Origin: Ylistrum balloti
Taxonomy: Eukaryota
NCBI RefSeq assembly: GCF_031769215.1
Contig: NW_026782534.1
Coordinates: forward strand, 248,001-312,000
Length of the DNA stretch: 64,000 nt
Direction of reading: 5' to 3'
In this document: positions 55,001 through 64,000 of the stretch, in pieces
Layout: every line of letters starts with the position of its first letter
How positions within the stretch are numbered: position 1 is the first letter of the stretch
The notes under the pieces: generated by a model
Database searches by the model: none
Told to the model about the DNA's origin: nothing
The model's input: only the letters and a program-made list of their open reading frames with translations
Translations under genes and position numbers: made by a program

Positions 55001-55141
55001 TTTTCAACACCACATACCTAACATAGTTTGTAGTTTGGGGTGGTATGCCGGCATATTCCTTGTAACATTTGATGCTGTCAAGAGTCTGCCAAGACAACCA
55101 GGACGCAGCATCCCTATGCAGGTCTTCAAAACTGTAGTCAT
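49033..55141 (-). CDS. CHDH: Mitochondrial HAD-HAD-choline dehydrogenase fusion, copy 2; coding exons 55141-55018, 53375-53174, 52712-51888, 51478-49033 (1198 aa)
   Basis: Exon lengths and phases identical to copy 1. Canonical CHDH residues [13 protein letters not shown] and GNLN; HAD1 DKDGT/K/GDTQAD intact. Upstream non-coding exon donors at ~56217 and ~56241. Confidence 0.92.
52833..52880 (-). other. Short CHDH last-exon fragment inside intron 2 of copy 2
   Basis: taaaacacgagtctgagaatc (21 bp) is identical to the CHDH DSQTRVL coding segment, followed by degenerate agccataggtcgccatccgttcccat resembling the adjacent CHDH sequence. Confidence 0.6.
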
Positions 55142-56789
55142 GGTAACTGTTAACTTGAGGGATAACTTATTTTTCAATGGAATAGTTTATCTGTAATCAA
55201 GCAATACTATTAGAATTTAAAGATAAAAGCATACATTTAAAATTTGTTTTCATCAGCTAAGAAGAATCTTTTCAATTATATCCTACATCATGATTTATAC
55301 GAAATCAACAATTTTCAAACAGACGCAATTCCTGGGTTTAAAAATATTTTCTTAAGTGCCCATATGATTGTATAATTAATAGGAAAGTTGAAAAGACGTT
55401 TGATTTTCCCATACAAAATCCCTCAAACAGAATCATTGCATGCATTTTACATTTTTGGAAAAAAAGTCATGGTACTAATTGCTGTCTATTTTGTTATATT
55501 GTGAACAGTACTCCCTTTATTAGCATATGTAATATTTAATTTCTGTATAAAATTTCTGGTATTCTAATCAATGACAGAAGCCATATTTAAGCAAAATTTC
55601 TGTTATTCTAATCAATGACAGAAGCCATATTTAAGCAATCTTAAAATACAGAAAAACCTTCATGTACCCAGGTAATACTGAGTCGGTCATTACCATTGAC
55701 CGATACAGAATTGATCATTAAATCTGAGAACAGAAATCATGTTACAGATGCTTGCTACTTTAATTATCCGTTTGACAGAGGCTGACTTATTACAAGTAGA
55801 AAGTCTTTATACAAAGGTCTATACAACAAACATGGTGATATTTTATACGTGATCAGTACATTTTACAAGTTAACACCATCGACATCGAACATTCGTGCTG
55901 GGGTATTTAAATGTGATTGACGGGAACGTTCTCAATAGAAAGCATAGAAAAATGATTTAACACCCAGTGATGTTCGATTCTCTTAGATTCTCAACCTGTT
56001 GATAACATCACTTGTATGCAAAAATATCTTTACAACTTTGAACACTATTTCTTGGTAAATCTAGATAATCAGGTCTGTTATCATTATAACAATGCTTCCC
56101 AAATATAGGACGTGAATTTGAACACACACGTGATTTTAATTAGATAACTTATCATGTTCATAACATTTCCATTTCAAATACGAGATTATTATATCTTTCT
56201 TATTCAGATTAATTACCTGTTACTCCAAGCTGATACATACCTGTTTTCACTCCGACACAAGCAAGCAATCGTGAAACCTGCCCACTAAAAACTATGTGTC
56301 TGGATACACGTAGATATACTTATCATATCTTACTCAGATACTGACACATTTCACAGACATGAGATAACATTTCACTGCATCTAAAATGAACTGACAATGA
56401 CATCGTCTCGAGATTCGCCAAGCTGGGCGACCTTGTGTCTGACACACTACTTTGTTGGAACGAGTTAAGTAGGTGAGCTGGCCATGGGAATATTATCTCC
56501 CTTCTACAGATAGGGCATCATGTTGTATCGTGCAAGGTCTGAGCTTTTGGGGGAGATGGTTGCTTTCAAATATATTGTATTCGTATTTATTCCTAAGAAA
56601 GTGTCATCAATAAAAAAAATATTCGTAAAGAATATAAAAATGGGGTTTGACCTTAATTGAAAAGGATAGCTCTGGGACTATCTGAAGACGCCATACAAGG
56701 GTCGGGAAAAGACAGGAAATTAAGAAATGTGCCAACCATTTACTAGTTATAAACCTAGATCTCGTTATTTGCAATATACTACCTAACAC

Positions 56790-58620
56790 CCTCGTATCAC
56801 TGCCTTAAACCCTCGTTATACTACCTTACACCCTCGTTATACTATCTTACACCCTCGTTATACTACCTTACACCCTCGTTATACTACTTTACACCTTCGT
56901 TATACTACTTTACACCTTCGTTATACTACTTTACACCTTCGTTATACTACCTTACACCCTCGTTATACTACCTTACACCTTCGTTATACTACCTTACACC
57001 TTCGTTATACTACCTTACACCCTCGTTATACTATCTTACACCCTCGTTATACTACCTTACACCCTCGTTATACTACTTTACACCTTCGTTATACTACTTT
57101 ACACCTTCGTTATACTACCTTATGTCTTCGTTATACTACCTTACACCCTCGTTATACTATCTTACACCCTCGTTATACGTTATACTACTTTACACCTTCG
57201 TTATACTACTTTACACCTTCGTTATACTACCTTATGTCTTCGTTATACTACCTTACACCCTCGTTATACTACCTTACACCCTCGTTATACTACCTTACAC
57301 CTTCGTTATACTACCTTACACCTTCGTTATACTACCTTACACCCTCGTTATACTATCTTACACCTTCGTTATACTACCTTACACCCTCGTTATACTACCT
57401 TACACCCTCGTTATACTACCTTACACCTTCGTTATACTACCTTACACCCTCGTTATACTACCTTACACCTTCATTATACTATCTTACACTCTCGTTATAC
57501 TACCTTACACCCTCGTTATACTATCTTACACCCTCGTTATACTATCTTACACCTTCGTTATACTACCTTACACCTTCGTTATACTACCTTACACCTTCGT
57601 TATACTACCTTACACCCTCGTTATACTACCTTACACCCTCGTTATACTACCTTACACCTTCGTTATACTACCTTACACCCTCGTTATACTACTTTACACC
57701 TTCGTTATACTACCTTACACCCTCGTTATACTACCTTACACCCTCGTGATACTACCTTACACCTTCGTTATACTACCTTACACCTTCGTTATACTACCTT
57801 ACACCCTCGTTATACTACCTTACACCCTCGTTATACTATCTTACACCCTCGTTATACTACCTTACACCCTCGTTATACTATCTTACACTCTCGTTATACT
57901 ACCTTACACCCTCGTTATACTACCTTACACCCTCGTTATACTACCTTACACCCTTGTTATACTGTCTTAAACATTCGTTATACAACCTTACACCTTCATT
58001 ATACTACCTTACACCCTCGTTATACTACCTTACACCTTCGTTATATTACCTTACACCCTCGTTATACTACCTTATGTCTTCGTTATACTACCTTACATCC
58101 TCATTATACTACCTTATGTCTTCGTTATACTATCTTACATCCTCATTATACTACCTTATGTCTTCGTTATACTACCTTACATCCTCATTATACTACCTTA
58201 CATCCTCATTATACTATCTTACACCCTCGTTATATTTCCTTACGCGTTCGTTATACTACCTTAAACATTCGTTATACTACATTATGTATCCGTTATACTA
58301 CCTTTCATCCTCATTATACTATCTTACGCCTTCGTTATACTACCTTATGTCTTCGTTATACTATCTTATGCCTTCGTTATACAACCTTACACCTTCGTTA
58401 TACTACCTTACACCTACATTTTACCTTACATTCTCATTATACTACCTTACACTTTCGTTTTATCTTACATCCTCATTATACTACCTTACACTTTCGTTTT
58501 ACCTTACATCCTCATTATACTACCTTACACTTTCGTTTTACCTTACATCCTCATTATGCTACCTTACACCTTCATTTTACCTTACATCCTCATTATGCTA
58601 CCTTACATCTTTGTCTTTCT
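56790..58620. repeat. 21-bp minisatellite (~85 copies), decaying to the right
   Basis: Unit cttacaccctcgttatactac; explains the YYLTPSL/VILPYTL pseudo-ORFs. Confidence 0.95.
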
Positions 58621-60834
58621 ACCTCATCTTCTTGTTAAGCTGTCTAACATCTACATTATAATACGTTATGCATGCATTATACATGTACTACCTTACACTA
58701 TAGTAACATGTCCTCTTTATAATACTTTTCACTTTTGTTTTACTACTTCACACTATTGTTACAATACTTTAGCCTTCTTAATATAACCTTGGATTTTCAT
58801 TATACAGCCTTACATCCTCATTATATAATAAATTCATACTTCATACTCCTGTTATACTGCCTTAATCCCTCGTTACATGACCCTGATCTTATCTGTCTGC
58901 TGAAATGTTGTCCAGAAAGACCTTGTATCATATAAATACAACAAAGACTGTCACTACAAGCAGTAACTTATACTTGGTATGTATATGATTCTGAAGTGTC
59001 AAATGTGATTGTGAATTCAAACATTTCCATGACATTAGTGTAAAACTTTATCTGGATAAGCAAACTGAATTCATACAATAACACTAATTCACAGGGAATA
59101 CATTTCAATCATATAGTTTATTGATCGTTACAAACTTTTAGATGATGGGAATGATTGTCTTACGCCTAATATAGCAGTTTTCATGGTCCCAGTCACCTGT
59201 AACAAATGTTAACATTATCACCGGTCAACTTCAATTGGAATACTATAATGAGGAGTATAAAAAAAGTGTCCCTGGTAGATTTAACAATTGGAATGTCTGG
59301 GAAATAGATATACCATACTACATGTATCTTGATTGCACATTCTATCATAAATAGATATAAAGATATTGATAATCAATTATCTGCAGCTGTAGCCATTGTT
59401 TTCAAACATCTGACTGAGAGAAGTTGTCATAGTAATGTTTTCTCACAATACTGACGTCTCAATATTCATAACAGTGATGTCTAGGACAACTCAGTACTGA
59501 TTTAACAACCATTTCAATAGCTACCGCTGCAATTTTCAATGCACTTTTTCTACCACCTCATACATTAACTGGGGGCATTTAAAATACCCCCTTGTCAACC
59601 ATATCACAAGCAAAATTCCCCCATAAAAATTCACAATACCTCTTTATCTGCTATTATTACATACAAACTTATAAGCTGTTTACTGAATTTATGTCTTATT
59701 TGATTTGCTCAACAATTCTCACTGGTATATCATTTAGAACCTACAAACAGATTTTTTCATCATAATATTGTGTATATATGAATAAAACATTGATAGCATA
59801 GTATTCACAGAAAACAACGAAATATAAAACAATTAACCTCAAGAAATCTTAAAATGACAAAGGACTCGTTCAATTATAATGCCAAAGACAATACAAAACT
59901 ACAAACAGCAAACATGGCACATAATATACAATGCTGAGTTACTTATTTGGAACATTTTGATATCTTGCTAAGTGATGTCAAAAATGAACATTAGTCACAC
60001 TTATCTTTGTTATAAATAAGGCGTAGTCTTCTATAATCAGTTATAGACCTATGGTGAGGTGAACATGAAGTTATATGAATATATGACAAATTATCAACCC
60101 AATATTGTTTTATCATGAGGAGTTTCATATCAATATTACAATGGCATTGATTGTTCAAAAATAAGTGACAGAAAAAACAAATCCAACAGATCAGGCAGTG
60201 TGTAAAATAAAAAGATCATAAGAAAAAGAAATCACATTGTCTAATAAAACCTGGAATTCAATCCTCCTTATTTAGATTACAGGAAAAAAAACTCTGAAAT
60301 AGTTGAGTTTCAGGAAAAAAGCATAAACAACATGATTATCCAGGTACAATGTCTGTATCAATGTATATCAACATAACTGTGAAAAAATCAATGTAAAGAA
60401 AAATTGTACAACCCAAGTCTGAAATGCATACCTCTGTTATATTGATGGGAAGGGTACATAGGATCAGTTTAGATTGAAAAACCTAACACTACTTATTAAT
60501 GTGTTTGTTTAAAAAGTTTACATCCTGGCAAAAGCTGAGATCATGTAAATATTGTACATACAAACAGTGTACTGCTGACAACATCTTATTCTGAATACAA
60601 AATGTCATACAAAGCACTAGTATATACTGTAAACAATCATTTGGCTGTAATTATACCTTTGAGTATTTCACACTAAACTTGAAAGCACTATAGTTATAAA
60701 TCTGCTACATGACAATATTGCCTGTTATGCTGTACTCTCATATATACTATCTGTGATTATTAACAAACAATATTAATATACAGAAAACACATTTGTGATC
60801 ACATTCACATCTGATCTACTAACTGATGAACATT

Positions 60835-61492
60835 GTTAAGAAGGTAAATCTGACCTACCTATTGATGTACAGTGTTTTGGAGGTATATCTGACCTACTTA
60901 TTGATGTACAATGTTTTGGAGGTACATCTGACCTACTTATTGATGTACAGCGTTTTGGAGGTACATCTGACCTACTTATTGATGTACAGTGTTTTGGAGG
61001 TACATCTGACCTACTTATTGATGTACAGTGTTTTGGAGGTATATCTGACCTACTTATTGATGTACATTGCGATGGAGGTATATCTGACCTACTTATTGAT
61101 GTACAATGCAAGGAGGTATATCTGACCTACTTATTGATGTACATTGCAATGGAGGTATATCTGACCTACTTATTGATGTACATTGCGATGGAGGTATATC
61201 TGACCTACTTATTGATGTACATTGCGATGGAGATATATCTGACCTACTTATTGATGTACATTGCGATGGAGGTATATCTGACCTACTTATTGATGTACAT
61301 TGCGATGGAGGTATATCTGACCTACTTATTGATGTACATTGCAAGGAGGTATATCTGACCTACTTATTGATGTACATTGCGATGGAGGTATATCTGACCT
61401 ACTTATTGATGTACCTTGCGATGGAGGTATATCTGACCTACTTATTGATGTACATTGCGATGGAGGTATATCTGACCTACTTATTGATGTAG
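60835..61492. repeat. 39-bp minisatellite (~17 copies)
   Basis: Unit gaggtatatctgacctacttattgatgtacattgcgatg, with a left subtype ...tacagtgttttg. Confidence 0.93.
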
Positions 61493-62130
61493 TGATACAT
61501 AAGTCACATTATGGTACAGTGAGATCTGAACTACTGTTTACTGTACAATGTTTCAGATGTGCAGATACCTAAGCTGTACTTAGACTAAAGGACAATGTGG
61601 TTACATGTCCACTTACCTGCTACTGTTTAATTGAAATCAGTAGCACTGTGTGGAAAACATTGGAAGTTAAACAAACAATAAATGAAAAAAAAAACCAAAA
61701 AACAAAAATCCAGATCATCAAAGTTCCATACAACAAAACATAGATTACATTGGGACTATAATTTATGTGTAAAAAAGATAAAAATGCAAAGAAAAAAAAT
61801 CAAAATTGATTTACAATCTGCTCATAAATGAACATATTTAACAAATCAGAAAAGAAAAAGGTTTCTAAAAAAGTTAATGACTAATAATCAAAGCAAACAA
61901 TGAAAAGAAACAAAAAAAATTTCACTAGCATTACATGTTTGCTCACAAATAAACTATGTTGGAATTGTAAGGAAAGGACATCTATGTTTTATACATTAGT
62001 ATTTGTTTCTCCAAGCAAACAACAATAATGATTTGTAAGCAACAAGTAGTCTGTACACATGTGCTTTTAAATAGCAAGTTGTTGCAATTATATTCTACTA
62101 AACCCTACTTCAGAATCATCATTTAGTTTG

Positions 62131-64000
62131 CTATACTTTGTTCTTGTATACAGGAGCATTAGATCGAGGCAGTGGTTTGTTTCCCAGGATAATGTCAGCG
62201 GCCTTCTCAGCCAGCATTATTGTCGGGCCGTTCAGGTTCCCAGTAACTATATTTGGCATGATAGAGGCATCAACTACTCGAAGATTATCTACACCTAAAA
62301 CACGAGTCTGAGAATCCAACACAGCCATCGGGTCACTCTCATCTCCCATTTTACATGTACATGATGGATGATAGGCACTGTCTGCGTAAGCACGGTTAAA
62401 GGCATCAATCTCGGCATCTGTTTGACAATCAGGTCCTGGCAACAGCTCTCGACCAGCGCGGAAAGGATCAAACGCTTTCTGTTTAAACACTTTCCTGGCA
62501 ACTTTGACACTGTCCCTCATTGTCCTCACATCATATTCTGTAGACAGATAGTTGGCTACAATCTTCGGATGGTCTCTTGGATTTTTGGTTTTCAGCTTGA
62601 TGTTACCTTTACTGGTAGCATGCATTGGTCCTGTATGCAATTGGTAGGCATGTTCATCACCAGTTTTACGCCCGTGATCTTTCACAACAGAAGGTAAGAA
62701 GTGAAACTGAATGTCGGGGTACTCAAGACCTTCTTCACTATGGACAAACCCACCACTCTCCAAATGTGCGCTGGCTCCATCTCCTTTCTGAGTCAGAAAC
62801 CACTGTAGACCTATCCGAATCATATTGTGAGGGAATTTCCACTGAGCAGAATAAAGAGTGATTGGAAGCTTGCATGCCTCCTGTACATACACCTCAAGAT
62901 GGTCTTGGAGATTTTCTCCGACACCAGGAAGGTGTTGAACCACAGGAATGTCCAGTGCCTTCAGATCGTCTGCATTACCCACACCCGATAACATGAGAAG
63001 CTGAGGAGAGTTGATTGATCCTCCACTCAAAATCACCTCCTTCTCTGCTCTGATCACCTTTTTTACACCCTTCTGTTCATACTCTACACCCACGGCTCGC
63101 TTGTTCTCAAACATAATCCTCGTGGACAGGGCATTTGATTCCACTGTCACATTGTCACGCTTCATAGCTGGCCTGAGGGAGGCCATAGCAGCACTCCATC
63201 GCCGGCCTTTGTGAATGGTCATGTCCATCAAACCTACACCCTCCTGTTGATAGCCATTCATGTCGTCTGTAAACAGAAAGCCAGCCTGCTGACCTGCTTC
63301 TATAAAGGCCTGATGCAGTGGGTTGTTGGTTTTTCCTCGTGACACATGAAGAGGACCATCACCTCCCCTGTAGTCATTCTCCCCAAGTTCATGGGTCTGA
63401 GATTTTTTAAAGTATGGTAAGCAATCTGCATATGACCATCCCTTTGCCCCAGCCTTCTCCCATCCATCATAATCACCAGCATTTCCACGGATATAGACCA
63501 TGGCATTGAGTGAAGACGATCCTCCCCAGACTCGTCCTCGTGGCCAGTACATGACCCTGTTGTTCATGTGAGGCTCTGGTTCCGTATGGTAGTACCAGTT
63601 GTACTTGTCATCACACAGGTTGTACATGAGGGCAGCAGGCATGTGGATCTTCCAGGTGTAGTCTCTTGGACCAGCCTCCAGAACACACACCTTGTTGTTA
63701 GGATCTGCAGACAATCGATTGGTGAGAGTACAGCCAGCTGATCCTGCACCAATGATGACGTAATCGTAGGTGGATCCAGCCCCAGATGTCGTGGAAGCAT
63801 TCCTCACCTGTACAGCACTGGTGGAACAGGGTGATTGTCTCCCTCGTGACATTGTGCTGAACAAACGACATTGGACATTGACACTTCCCGGCTTTCTCAG
63901 TTTAGGAAGAGCATTTGGTATCATTTGTTTGCCAGGAGTGGTTGGTGGGTCTTCTAAGATATGATCAATCACATGGTCTACAGTAGGCACCACTAGGTCG
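62131..64000 (-). CDS. CHDH: HAD-HAD-choline dehydrogenase fusion, copy 3 (3' part of last exon; 5' end outside the window)
   Basis: Open ORF containing the end of HAD2 (DLVVPTVDHVIDHI), the linker and a full GMC domain ending PVYKNKV*. Confidence 0.88.
   Translation of the reverse strand, partial: DLVVPTVDHVIDHILEDPPTTPGKQMIPNALPKLRKPGSVNVQCRLFSTMSRGRQSPCSTSAVQVRNASTTSGAGSTYDYVIIGAGSAGCTLTNRLSADPNNKVCVLEAGPRDYTWKIHMPAALMYNLCDDKYNWYYHTEPEPHMNNRVMYWPRGRVWGGSSSLNAMVYIRGNAGDYDGWEKAGAKGWSYADCLPYFKKSQTHELGENDYRGGDGPLHVSRGKTNNPLHQAFIEAGQQAGFLFTDDMNGYQQEGVGLMDMTIHKGRRWSAAMASLRPAMKRDNVTVESNALSTRIMFENKRAVGVEYEQKGVKKVIRAEKEVILSGGSINSPQLLMLSGVGNADDLKALDIPVVQHLPGVGENLQDHLEVYVQEACKLPITLYSAQWKFPHNMIRIGLQWFLTQKGDGASAHLESGGFVHSEEGLEYPDIQFHFLPSVVKDHGRKTGDEHAYQLHTGPMHATSKGNIKLKTKNPRDHPKIVANYLSTEYDVRTMRDSVKVARKVFKQKAFDPFRAGRELLPGPDCQTDAEIDAFNRAYADSAYHPSCTCKMGDESDPMAVLDSQTRVLGVDNLRVVDASIMPNIVTGNLNGPTIMLAEKAADIILGNKPLPRSNAPVYKNKV

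Noticed and set aside
57122-58661. Long repetitive ORFs (YYLTPSL / VILPYTL)
   Set aside because: Translation of a stop-free 21-bp minisatellite; no splice context or unique coding flanks.
59164-59196. 33-nt candidate exon (ttacag|GTGACTGGGACCATG...GGC|gtaaga) between copies 3 and 2
   Set aside because: Good splice sites but no homologue seen in the other units and no transcript evidence.
60826-61572. Overlapping ORFs on both strands (MEVYLTYLLMYIA, CTSISRSDIPP)
   Set aside because: Artefacts of the 39-bp tandem repeat.

Overview
AT-rich eukaryotic (animal) genomic DNA. The repeat families and gene content suggest a bivalve or other mollusc (inference). Gene models were spliced by hand from GT-AG sites and reading-frame phase. 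Left to right: (1) 3' part of a minus-strand KH-domain gene whose last exon turns a (CAT)n microsatellite into a poly-Asp tail; (2) CTDP1/FCP1 (minus, 6 coding exons, 816 aa), head-to-head with (3) CENPL (plus, 11 coding exons, 345 aa); (4) a minus-strand tandem array of choline dehydrogenase genes: two complete copies (39282-45436, 49033-55141; each 1198 aa), a third cut by the window edge (62131-64000), a deleted pseudogene (32502-35772) and an ~85-bp relic of a fifth copy. The main finding is the architecture of the array proteins: mitochondrial-type presequence + intact HAD phosphatase domain + degenerate second HAD domain + internal presequence-like linker + full GMC choline dehydrogenase. 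This suggests a phosphatase-dehydrogenase fusion or polyprotein for glycine-betaine synthesis, with active-site divergence between paralogues and gene conversion. The rest is minisatellites, Helentron-like non-autonomous elements and Tc1/mariner relics. Novelty could not be checked without database searches.
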